From: an uncultured Spirochaetales bacterium | GTDB taxonomy: Bacteria > Spirochaetota > Spirochaetia > Sphaerochaetales > Sphaerochaetaceae | Reading direction: 5' to 3' | Length of the DNA: 64,000 nt | Assembly (NCBI GenBank): GCA_949283305.1 | Contig: CASDRU010000016.1 | Location: 10,155-74,154 of the forward strand | Shown: piece after piece, positions 28,602-36,785 of the stretch | How the letters are laid out: each line of letters opens with the position of its first letter | How positions within the stretch are numbered: the stretch's first letter is position 1 | Made by a program: the position numbers and the translations under genes | Notes under the pieces: model-generated | Databases searched by the model: none | What the model was told of the DNA's origin: nothing | What the model saw: the letters and a program-made list of their open reading frames with translations, nothing else

Positions 28602-29117
28602 TCAGAGTTTCACTCCTACAAGAAGAGATGCGTAGATATCCATATAGGACAGAAAATATTTTTTCAGTATGTCAAGGCTCTCGCTCACAAGCATCGCAGG
28701 ATCTGTGATATATATTCTCGGCTCGAAATAGAAATAAGAGAATGAGAATGTCCATCCAGCGGTTATCGATGAGAAGAACACATTGCGCTCAGGAGGACTG
28801 AAATGTCCGAAGAACCTTCCATAGCGGATGGCATCAACACCTATGAAGAACCCAAGGCTGTCAAAAGGGTAATAATCAAGGCGGAAGGAGGTATCAAGAA
28901 GCGCGATATCACTCTCAAGATCAAAATTATAGGAAATGGAGAAAGCATAGCGCATGCTCCCGCTTCTGATTGAGAACTCAAGAGGAACCCTCTTGCCGCT
29001 TAAGAAGAATGAATCTGTTGCCACTGCATCAGCTGCTATGTAATAGCTGACTGCAGATACGGATAAAAGTGGAAGAAGTAAAAGCAGCAAAACCATGATA
29101 ATCTTCAGTTTTGCCAT
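28602..29117 (-). CDS. small secreted beta-rich protein (possible outer-membrane barrel)
   Basis: Signal peptide. 171 aa rich in aromatic/alternating strands. Confidence 0.5.
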   Translation of the reverse strand: MAKLKIIMVLLLLLLPLLSVSAVSYYIAADAVATDSFFLSGKRVPLEFSIRSGSMRYAFSISYNFDLESDIALLDTSFRLDYYPFDSLGFFIGVDAIRYGRFFGHFSPPERNVFFSSITAGWTFSFSYFYFEPRIYITDPAMLVSESLDILKKYFLSYMDIYASLLVGVKL

Positions 29118-29161
29118 GCTTTTGATGATAGCACAGAAATTAATCCCGTCAAGGGAAAAAA

Positions 29162-29689
29162 CTACCAGCCCAGAGCCTTCTTTATGTTCTCCTCTTCATC
29201 CTTTATTTTCTTTGATGTGAACTTGATTGTTTTATCATCATCCTTCAGAAAGAACTCGATCCCCATATGATAATCATCGACCTTCTTTATCGAGTATGAG
29301 TCAATATCATCCTTCCTGATGCTCAAAACTGCTCTGATGTTTCCCAAATCCGATTGACGGATAAAAAACTCAATATTCTCCTCATCAATTGAGAGCACTC
29401 CTGCCTTAAGCTCGGTCTTGCTACTTATATATCCGCATTTATAAAGAAACAGGCTGTCCTTCTTCCTCTTTCTCACCATGGATTTTGAGATATATGCCGT
29501 AGTTATGTAGTAAATGGCCGCAAGAAGCACAAGAGAGAGAATCAGAAGAAGATTTATCCTTCTGTATTCAAGGGATGAATAAACTATCCAGGCCATGTCA
29601 ATGAGTATGAGAGCTATCGAAAACTTATGAATCATCAGGTGTATTCTGCTTTTTTTTCTGACCATTTTCAAGGCATCAATTTCTCTCAT
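29162..29689 (-). CDS. membrane-anchored protein with a PH/GRAM-like C-terminal region (tentative)
   Basis: Two TM helices followed by a soluble domain. Start placed at an internal Met (29689; 29665 and 29635 are also possible) because the 29839 start overlaps the divergent gene. Confidence 0.5.
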   Translation of the reverse strand: MREIDALKMVRKKSRIHLMIHKFSIALILIDMAWIVYSSLEYRRINLLLILSLVLLAAIYYITTAYISKSMVRKRKKDSLFLYKCGYISSKTELKAGVLSIDEENIEFFIRQSDLGNIRAVLSIRKDDIDSYSIKKVDDYHMGIEFFLKDDDKTIKFTSKKIKDEEENIKKALGW

Positions 29690-29714
29690 TACAGGAATAA
29701 CAGAGGAGGAATGA

Positions 29715-31832
29715 ATGAAAAAAATCTTATGCATTCTTTTATCATTATCGGTACTTCTCCTTTTTTCCTGTAACCAGGAAGGAGAAAAGACAGCCACGAT
29801 GAGGATAATTCTTGAGGATGTGAAGACCAGCCGTCTCATAGCACCTGAAAATTATCCTCTTGAAATCGACACCTATTACATAACGGGTCAGGGTCCTGAC
29901 GGAAAGCGCTTTGACATCCATACAGGAAAGACAAGCGCGACGATTGAGAATGTCGTGATCGGAGAATGGACTATCAAGGTCCAGGGCCTGAATGAGTATG
30001 ACAATGTGATAGTCGAGGGAAGCAAGAGCTTTACTTTAAGCAACAGCAACAATTCTGTCACCATCACGCTTGACACGCTATATGGTGAAGGAGATCTGAG
30101 TGTCAAGCTCAAATGGAAGGACTCAACTGTCGAGAATCCAAGGCTTGAGGTCAACCTCACAAGGCAGAGTGGAGAAAAAGAGACACTGAATGCAGAGATT
30201 TCAGGGAACACAGCATCCATATATAAGGAAAATCTTGCAAGCGGATCATACATTTTCCAGGCCCAGCTCTTTGATTCAGATACTCTGATTTCAGGACTGA
30301 CTGAAGCAGTCAGGATAGTTGACAGCCAGATAAGTTCTGCTGAGCTCGATTTCGTGCAGACAGATTTCATACTCACACCGGGATCAATCAGCCTGATTGA
30401 CAAGTCAGGCATTCCTGTAAGATGCAATATCAGCGGCATTGACGGTGATCTGAAGGCCGGGCCTCACACAGTCACACTTGTTCCTGAGCGCGATGCGGAT
30501 CTGGAGGATCTTACAGTAAACTGGTATATCGATGGCAACCTTGCAGGAAGCGGAAGAGAATGCGAACTTACATTTGACACAGGAGTGCACCGTCTTGATG
30601 CTGTTGCATACACATCCAAACTGGGCTCATATGGCTCGACAGGACTCAGTGTCACAGTCCTGGATGACACTGATTTCGGAATTCCTGGAAATGCAAGAGT
30701 AATTGACAGCACAGCAGGACTCGATATAGGGCGGAACAATTATTTTTCCTTCCTTCCGGACGGAAGGCTGATGGCATTCAGCAGCGATGGAAATACTGCT
30801 CAGGTATTCAAGGTCTCTGCAAGCGAATTCACTCTTGAAAAAGAATATACAGGACTTGAGTTCCAGAAAGGATATGTCGCATCTGCACTTGCAGTGGAAG
30901 ATGATGAATCAGGAATGTTCAATATGCTTATATGCACTGATGATGACATAAACACATATCACTACTACATGAATCCAGAGACCCTTGAGCTCAATTATGT
31001 TAACTCATCCGGAGATACCTACTCATCAGATATGTGGTTTGGAAACTGCAAAATAACTAAGGTCCTGCCGGATATTGCATATGACACGGTTTATGATGAG
31101 TTCCTGTTTGTCGGAATAGATAATCCTCTTACAGAGGAGGATTATGAACGCCCTGCGATGTCTGGAAAAGTAGGAGCTATGATTGGAAGAAGGCCTGTTG
31201 ACGGTATAAATGCACACGAAGACTTTGCACTTCTTGATGCATATCCGGTACGCGATTTTGACAAGGATGCCACATTTGACAACCGTCCATCCTCCCCTCT
31301 TCTTGACACTGCGGCATTCGCAATCAGCCCAAACAGCGAGCAGTATGCGATAATAGACAGGAGCCAGGGAAGATTTGTCACATTGAACGAGATGACATTC
31401 GATCACACAGATTATTACGGAAACTTCCGCTATCATGGAGATTCATTTGCAGATCCGGATAAATATATCGGCGCAAATGACATGATATACAAGACAAATG
31501 ATATTGCGGTGATTGCCGGAAGGGGCTTCATAGCAACCGTTAAGACATATAAGGACAAGGGATCCACTGATGCTTTCTATAAGGAAGTGAGCGGTGCAGA
31601 TTTCTCAAGTCTTGCAATGAACCCGGTTACAAAGCACATATACGCTCTTGATGAAAGCGATGATGCACTTTATGTCTACACCGTATCTTCTAACGGGGAC
31701 ATCCAGGAAAGTGCTGTTATTGACACAGTCTCAAGCTATAGTGACATGGAGGTATCTCCAGATGGAAAGAGCCTTATTCTCTATAATTCCACAGGAGCTT
31801 CTGTCAAGATGATGCTTATAAATGTTAATTGA
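29715..31832 (+). CDS. large surface lipoprotein, Ig-like N-terminal modules plus beta-propeller-like C-terminus (tentative)
   Basis: Lipobox LLFSC. 705 aa. The C-terminal segment YALDESDDALYVYTV...SPDGKSLILYN resembles lactonase-type propeller blades. Confidence 0.65.
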   Translation: MKKILCILLSLSVLLLFSCNQEGEKTATMRIILEDVKTSRLIAPENYPLEIDTYYITGQGPDGKRFDIHTGKTSATIENVVIGEWTIKVQGLNEYDNVIVEGSKSFTLSNSNNSVTITLDTLYGEGDLSVKLKWKDSTVENPRLEVNLTRQSGEKETLNAEISGNTASIYKENLASGSYIFQAQLFDSDTLISGLTEAVRIVDSQISSAELDFVQTDFILTPGSISLIDKSGIPVRCNISGIDGDLKAGPHTVTLVPERDADLEDLTVNWYIDGNLAGSGRECELTFDTGVHRLDAVAYTSKLGSYGSTGLSVTVLDDTDFGIPGNARVIDSTAGLDIGRNNYFSFLPDGRLMAFSSDGNTAQVFKVSASEFTLEKEYTGLEFQKGYVASALAVEDDESGMFNMLICTDDDINTYHYYMNPETLELNYVNSSGDTYSSDMWFGNCKITKVLPDIAYDTVYDEFLFVGIDNPLTEEDYERPAMSGKVGAMIGRRPVDGINAHEDFALLDAYPVRDFDKDATFDNRPSSPLLDTAAFAISPNSEQYAIIDRSQGRFVTLNEMTFDHTDYYGNFRYHGDSFADPDKYIGANDMIYKTNDIAVIAGRGFIATVKTYKDKGSTDAFYKEVSGADFSSLAMNPVTKHIYALDESDDALYVYTVSSNGDIQESAVIDTVSSYSDMEVSPDGKSLILYNSTGASVKMMLINVN

Positions 31833-31836
31833 TTGC

Positions 31837-31863
31837 AAGGGCAGGAAATCCTGCCCTTTCTTC
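31837..31863 (+). terminator. intrinsic terminator after the lipoprotein gene
   Basis: AAGGGCAGG-aaat-CCTGCCCTT followed by TCTTC. Confidence 0.7.
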
Positions 31864-31893
31864 AAAACAGAGAAGCTGCCTGATAAAACAAGG
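31862..31893. repeat. displaced copy of the feoB 3' end (direct repeat, left)
   Basis: tcaaaacagagaagctgcctgataaaacaagg matches 32571-32604 with 1 substitution and a 2-nt indel. Confidence 0.8.
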
Positions 31894-31901
31894 TTCATAA
31901 A

Positions 31902-32200
31902 TTGATTAATACTAAAAAGTTTAGTGCTATAAACGTGAAGTATGCTGTGATGATACCTAAGCGATTTGACACTCTTATATTGCAAATGCCCAAGAATGCC
32001 CAGATTGTTTTAAAAAATCTGATTAAGGATATTTCAGAGAATGGACCTGTACAGCCAAAGTATCACACTACAGCAGGATTGGAAAAATCACTTATCATTG
32101 CCACCTTGCATACAGATGGGTAGCATGCTGGTGCTGCGAAGATGGGAAATTTATTGTGGAGGTTGATTATGTTGGTAGCCGTAAGAAAGCCCCCTATTGA
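31902..32200 (+). pseudogene. RelE/ParE-superfamily-like toxin (HigB-like position), frameshifted
   Basis: The N-terminal half is in frame 0 (...ENGPVQPK). The C-terminal half is in the other frame (VSHYSRIGKITYHCHLAYRWVACWCCEDGKFIVEVDYVGSRKKAPY*). One extra A at CCAAAG (32055-32060) would fuse them. Confidence 0.6.
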
Positions 32201-32528
32201 ATTTAATGTTACAGGAAATATTCCAGAAAGCCTCCTTTCTGGACTTATTAAGGAATACGGACCTGATAACGTAAGAGTTGAAAACACAGATTGCGTCAAT
32301 GCAATGGAAATGGAATGGTTTAAGGAACTTGAAATGGAGGACACTCCGGCAAAAAACATGAGGTTCTACAGGAAGCTTTCAGGCATGACACAGGCTGTAC
32401 TTGCAGAAAGAATCGGGGCTTCAAAGCAGTTTGTTTCTGATATGGAAAACGGGCGGAAATCCATAAGCAAGGCAACTGCAAAGAAACTTGCTAAAATTTT
32501 CGATGTTTCTGTTTCAAGATTCATCTGA
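32169..32528 (+). CDS. HTH (XRE-family) antitoxin, HigA-like position
   Basis: C-terminal HTH segment MRFYRKLSGMTQAVLAERIGASKQFVSDMENGRKSIS. Start taken as MLVAVRKPPIEF; the alternative ATG is at 32142. Confidence 0.75.
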   Translation: MLVAVRKPPIEFNVTGNIPESLLSGLIKEYGPDNVRVENTDCVNAMEMEWFKELEMEDTPAKNMRFYRKLSGMTQAVLAERIGASKQFVSDMENGRKSISKATAKKLAKIFDVSVSRFI

Positions 32529-32558
32529 AAACCCCTCACGCTCAGATTATGTGAGGGG
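32527..32558 (-). terminator. hairpin serving as the feoB terminator (cassette-borne)
   Basis: CCCCTCAC-N11-GTGAGGGG, with TTTTC following on the minus strand. Confidence 0.55.
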
Positions 32559-32570
32559 CAATCGTCTTAC

Positions 32571-32604
32571 TCAAAACAGAGAAGCTACCTGATAGAAAAC
32601 AAGG
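32571..32604. repeat. feoB 3' end (direct repeat, right, functional copy)
   Basis: Pairs with 31862-31893. Confidence 0.8.
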
Positions 32605-34919
32605 GAGACAAGATATGCAAGAGCAAGCTGAGCAAAGACTACGAAAAGCATCCATTTTGCTCCAAGCTCCCTCTTTACAGCAGTGACTGCTGCCACACAT
32701 GGGGTATAAAGCAGGCAGAAAAGAAGGAAAGAGAAAGCCTCGGTTGCTCCCATCTCCATTTTAAGCGCTTCAACAGATCCGTAAAGTATGCTGAGCGTGG
32801 ATACGACACTCTCTTTTGCCATGAATCCGGAAACAAGGCTTGTGACTGTCTTCCATGAAGCAAAGCCAAGTGGGATGAAAAGCGGAGCGATTGCTCCTGC
32901 GATTATAGACAGTATGCTTTTTTCGCTTCCCGGGGCGAAATTGAGGGTGAAATCGAAACTCTGGAGAGCCCATATTATTATTGTGGCGACAAAAATGACA
33001 GTAAATGCACGCTCAATGAAATCCTTGCTCTTCTCCCATAGCAGTCTTGCGACATTCTTTGCACCCGGCATTCTGTAGTTCGGAAGTTCCATGACGAAAG
33101 GAACGGCTTCTCCCTTGAACAGCACCTTCTTGAAAAGGAGGGCAACAAGTATCCCCATCACTATTCCAATAAGATAGAGTGCTATCATGACAAGAGCATG
33201 TGCGCGGGTAAAGAAGGCTGCTGTGAAGAATGCATAAATCGGCAGCTTTGCAGAGCAGCTCATGAACGGCGTCAAGAGTATTGTCATCTTTCTGTCTCTT
33301 TCAGAGGGGAGAGTACGGGATGCCATGACTGCTGGAACAGAGCATCCGAAACCTATTAAAAGAGGCACTATGCTACGCCCAGAAAGTCCAAGCTTTCTAA
33401 GCAGTTTGTCCATGACAAAAGCAATACGGGCCATATATCCGCTGTCCTCAAGAAGTGAAAGGAAGAAGAAAAGAGTCACGATTATTGGAAGGAATGATAG
33501 CACGCTGCCTACCCCGTTGAATATTCCGTCAATGATCAGACTATAAAACACCTCATTGATTTCAAGAGAAAGCAAAAGGGATGAAACGCTGTCAGTTGCA
33601 AGTCCTATCAGATAATCGAGGGCTGAAGAAAGGGCGGCTCCCACGACATTGAATGTGAGGAAGAACACAAGTCCCATTATGATGATGAATGCAGGAATTG
33701 CAGTGAATTTTCCTGTAAGAATCCTGTCAGCCATCTGACTTCTGATTCTCTCCTTTGACACAGCTGGTTTCTTCACAGTAAGACGGGAAACCCTGTTTAT
33801 GAAAGAAAATCTCATGTCCGCAATAGCGGCAGAGCGGTCAAGCCCTCTTTCCCTCTCCATCTGCATCACTATGTGCGAAAGCATCTCCTTCTCATTCTCA
33901 TCAAGATCCAGGGCCTCAAGGATAATCTCATCACCTTCGACAAGTTTTGAGGATGCAAAACGGAGAGGAATCCCTGCTCGCTCCGCATGATCCTCGATAA
34001 GATGCATCACCGAGTGAAGGCATCTGTGTACCGTTCCGTTATACTCCAGCGGTGAGCATATATCCTGCCTCAACGGCTTTTCCTGATAGCGGGCAACATG
34101 CATCAGGTGCTCTACAAGCTCCCTTATCCCCTCTTTCTTTGAGGCAGAAATCGGGACAACAGGAACCCCCAGAAGCTCCTCAAGCAGGTTGATGTTTATC
34201 GTTCCTCCGTTTGTACGCACCTCATCCATCATATTCAGTGCAACTACCATGGGTTTATCAAGCTCGATAAGCTGCATGGTAAGATACAGGTTTCTTTCTA
34301 TATTTGTCGCATCGACTATGTTTATAATTCCGTTCACATCCTCTTCAAGAACAAAGTTCCTGGTGACAATCTCTTCCTGTGTGTACGGGCTCATAGAGTA
34401 TATGCCGGGCAGATCAGTAACTGTAGCAGATGTGCCCTTTATGACACCATCCTTTCTGTCAACGGTGACTCCGGGAAAGTTTCCCACATGCTGGTTTGCT
34501 CCTGTGAGCTGATTGAAAAGCGTTGTCTTTCCGCAGTTCTGATTCCCGACAAGCGCAAAGGAGAGTCTGACATCATCAGCAAGAGGATGCTCATTCTTCT
34601 TGTCGTGGAATTTGCCTTCCTCTCCAAGTCCCGGATGAAGATGCCTCTCAAATTCCTCAGCATTTAGCTCCAGATCTTCTTCCTCTTTCTCTTCGGCCTT
34701 TTCTATCTCAATTTTTGCGGCATCATTGATTCTCAACGTGAGCTCATAGCCGCTTATCCTTATTTCAACAGGATCCCCCATTGGCGCATATTTTTCAACT
34801 CTTATATATGCCCCGGGAATAAGACCCATATCCAGAAAATGCTGACGAATCTCACCCTCTCCACCCACAGAGATGATCTTCGCGCTTTCTCCGGCCTTCA
34901 GATCCTTTATGCTTAACAT
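32571..34919 (-). CDS. feoB: ferrous iron transporter, FeoA-FeoB fusion
   Basis: N-terminal ~75 aa FeoA-like SH3 domain (LSIKDLKAGESAKII...), then the G-domain motif GNQNCGKTTLFNQLTG and a polytopic membrane domain. Confidence 0.92.
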   Translation of the reverse strand: MLSIKDLKAGESAKIISVGGEGEIRQHFLDMGLIPGAYIRVEKYAPMGDPVEIRISGYELTLRINDAAKIEIEKAEEKEEEDLELNAEEFERHLHPGLGEEGKFHDKKNEHPLADDVRLSFALVGNQNCGKTTLFNQLTGANQHVGNFPGVTVDRKDGVIKGTSATVTDLPGIYSMSPYTQEEIVTRNFVLEEDVNGIINIVDATNIERNLYLTMQLIELDKPMVVALNMMDEVRTNGGTININLLEELLGVPVVPISASKKEGIRELVEHLMHVARYQEKPLRQDICSPLEYNGTVHRCLHSVMHLIEDHAERAGIPLRFASSKLVEGDEIILEALDLDENEKEMLSHIVMQMERERGLDRSAAIADMRFSFINRVSRLTVKKPAVSKERIRSQMADRILTGKFTAIPAFIIIMGLVFFLTFNVVGAALSSALDYLIGLATDSVSSLLLSLEINEVFYSLIIDGIFNGVGSVLSFLPIIVTLFFFLSLLEDSGYMARIAFVMDKLLRKLGLSGRSIVPLLIGFGCSVPAVMASRTLPSERDRKMTILLTPFMSCSAKLPIYAFFTAAFFTRAHALVMIALYLIGIVMGILVALLFKKVLFKGEAVPFVMELPNYRMPGAKNVARLLWEKSKDFIERAFTVIFVATIIIWALQSFDFTLNFAPGSEKSILSIIAGAIAPLFIPLGFASWKTVTSLVSGFMAKESVVSTLSILYGSVEALKMEMGATEAFSFLLFCLLYTPCVAAVTAVKRELGAKWMLFVVFAQLALAYLVSLVFYQVASLF

Positions 34920-34966
34920 TTATTTCTCCTTGGCTGAAAGAATAAACAAGTGCGCTATTTTTTTCA

Positions 34967-35008
34967 ATAAAAAAGCCCCTCCCTCCAGCCTTGTCTGGAG
35001 AAGAGGGG
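34967..35008 (-). terminator. intrinsic terminator after hydA
   Basis: Minus-strand arms CCCCUCUUCUCCAG-ACAAGG-CUGGAGGGAGGGG (6 bp + bulge + 6 bp), followed by CUUUUUUAUU. Confidence 0.7.
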
Positions 35009-35030
35009 ACTCCGTTTGCAGGAATATCGG

Positions 35031-36770
35031 TTACCTTATGTCCTTATAGACATTCTTTTTTGAAAATTCCGTATGAAGAAGTTCATGAGACTTATGTGAA
35101 AGAGGAGCACCAAGATAATCCTTGTATATCCTCTTGATTGACGGATTCTCATGAGAGCGGCGGAGAGTGCATTTCTCATCATCTGAATAAAGTCCCTCTG
35201 TCCTCTGCTTTCTGACCTCGTCATCTGTTCCAATCGGCTGTCCGCCGCCGGCGATACAGCCTCCGCGGCATGCCATAATCTCTATGAACTCATACGGTGC
35301 CTGCTTTCCTTCCTTCTTTGCTTCTCTCACCTCTTCAAGGATTTCCTTGGCATTTGCCATTCCATGGATGACAGCAACACGGACAGGAGTGCCGTCAAAG
35401 TCAACAGTACCCTTCTTGACTTCCTCAAGACCGCGCACTGCATCAACTTCAACTTTATCAAGCTCCTTGTCAGTAACAAGCTTATATGCAGTCCTGACTG
35501 CAGCTTCCATGACGCCTCCTGTGACTCCGAAGATTGTTCCAGCTCCAGTGTATTCTCCAATCGGAGAATCTGCCTCACTCTCTTCAAGATTCTTGAAATC
35601 AATACCGTACTGGCTGATGATTCTTGCAAGTTCCCTTGTAGTGAGCACAACATCAACATCCTTTCCTGTAGCGCTTATTGGTCTTCTTATCTCATCCTTC
35701 TTGGCAGTACATGGCATGATTGCGACAGAGAAGATCTTCTCAGGATCGATTCCGGCTTTCTCAGCCCAGTATGTCTTTGTGATTGCGCCCTGCATCATCA
35801 TCGGGCTCTTTGCGCTTGATAGGTTGTCAAGAAGATCCGGATAATACTCTTCGATGTAGTTTATCCATCCAGGACAGCATGATGTGAACTGAGGAAGCAC
35901 TCCCTTGTTCTTGATTCTGTCGACCAGCTCGCTGCCCTCTTCCATGATTGTGAGGTCTGCACCGAAGTTTGTATCAAACACATAATCAAAGCCAAGGCGC
36001 CTGAGTGCTGTGTAAATCTTTCCTGTTGTGATCTCTCCCGGCTCAAGACCGAACTCCTCGCCAAGAGCGACCCTTACAGCAGGAGCCATCTGCACTGCAG
36101 TGATCTTGTCAGGATTGTGTATTGCCTTCATGACAGGAGAAACCTCATCAACTTCATAGATAGCTCCGACTGGGCAATGTGTTATGCACTGTCCGCACTT
36201 TATGCATGGGCTCTCGTTAAGCGGGAGAGAAGCTGCAGGGCTCATTGATGTGCCATCACCGCGGCCAATGAACTCGAGAGCATATACTCCCTGAAGCTGC
36301 TGGCATACCTGAACACAGCGTCCGCACTTTATGCACTTATATGGATCAAGGACTATGACTCCTGTAGAATCATCGATTACCCTTTCCTTGATTCTCGGTG
36401 TGAACGGCTGCTCACGGATTCCATATTCAATTGCAAGCTTCTGCAGCTCGCACTTATTGTTTCTCACACATGTCAGGCAGCTTGTAGGATGTGTTGACAT
36501 GGTAAGCTCTATGATTGTCTTTCTGACTTCATAAAGCTCATCATCATGTGTGATGATTCTCATGCCCTCGGCGCATGGAGTTGCACATGCGCGGAGAATC
36601 TTTGCAGATCCTTCCTGCTTGCACACGCATAGTCCGCATGATCCGAATGGCTTCAAATCCGGATGATAGCAGAGTGTCGGGATTCTGACTCCTGCCTTCT
36701 TTGCTGCTTCAAGCACGCTTGTTCCTGCTTCAACTTCTACAGGAATTCCGTTTATTGTCAAATGAATCAT
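35031..36770 (-). CDS. hydA: [FeFe] hydrogenase catalytic subunit (group A3, bifurcating type)
   Basis: N-terminal 2Fe-2S and 4Fe-4S Cys clusters. H-cluster motifs TSCCPGW, MPCTAKK and MACRGGCIAGGGQP. Confidence 0.95.
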   Translation of the reverse strand: MIHLTINGIPVEVEAGTSVLEAAKKAGVRIPTLCYHPDLKPFGSCGLCVCKQEGSAKILRACATPCAEGMRIITHDDELYEVRKTIIELTMSTHPTSCLTCVRNNKCELQKLAIEYGIREQPFTPRIKERVIDDSTGVIVLDPYKCIKCGRCVQVCQQLQGVYALEFIGRGDGTSMSPAASLPLNESPCIKCGQCITHCPVGAIYEVDEVSPVMKAIHNPDKITAVQMAPAVRVALGEEFGLEPGEITTGKIYTALRRLGFDYVFDTNFGADLTIMEEGSELVDRIKNKGVLPQFTSCCPGWINYIEEYYPDLLDNLSSAKSPMMMQGAITKTYWAEKAGIDPEKIFSVAIMPCTAKKDEIRRPISATGKDVDVVLTTRELARIISQYGIDFKNLEESEADSPIGEYTGAGTIFGVTGGVMEAAVRTAYKLVTDKELDKVEVDAVRGLEEVKKGTVDFDGTPVRVAVIHGMANAKEILEEVREAKKEGKQAPYEFIEIMACRGGCIAGGGQPIGTDDEVRKQRTEGLYSDDEKCTLRRSHENPSIKRIYKDYLGAPLSHKSHELLHTEFSKKNVYKDIR

Positions 36771-36785
36771 AATCTCCAGTCCTCC

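Larger units (their letters stand above)
31894..32570 (+). mobile_element. ~0.7 kb toxin-antitoxin cassette bounded by the duplicated feoB 3' end; no recombinase
   Basis: A single TA pair plus its own hairpin lies exactly between the two repeat copies. Confidence 0.4.

Noticed and set aside
31731-31985. 84-aa minus-strand ORF spanning the lipoprotein terminator and the left feoB repeat
   Set aside because: It runs through a terminator hairpin and the dead feoB 3' copy, and it overlaps the toxin start. It is an artefact of the duplicated coding remnant.
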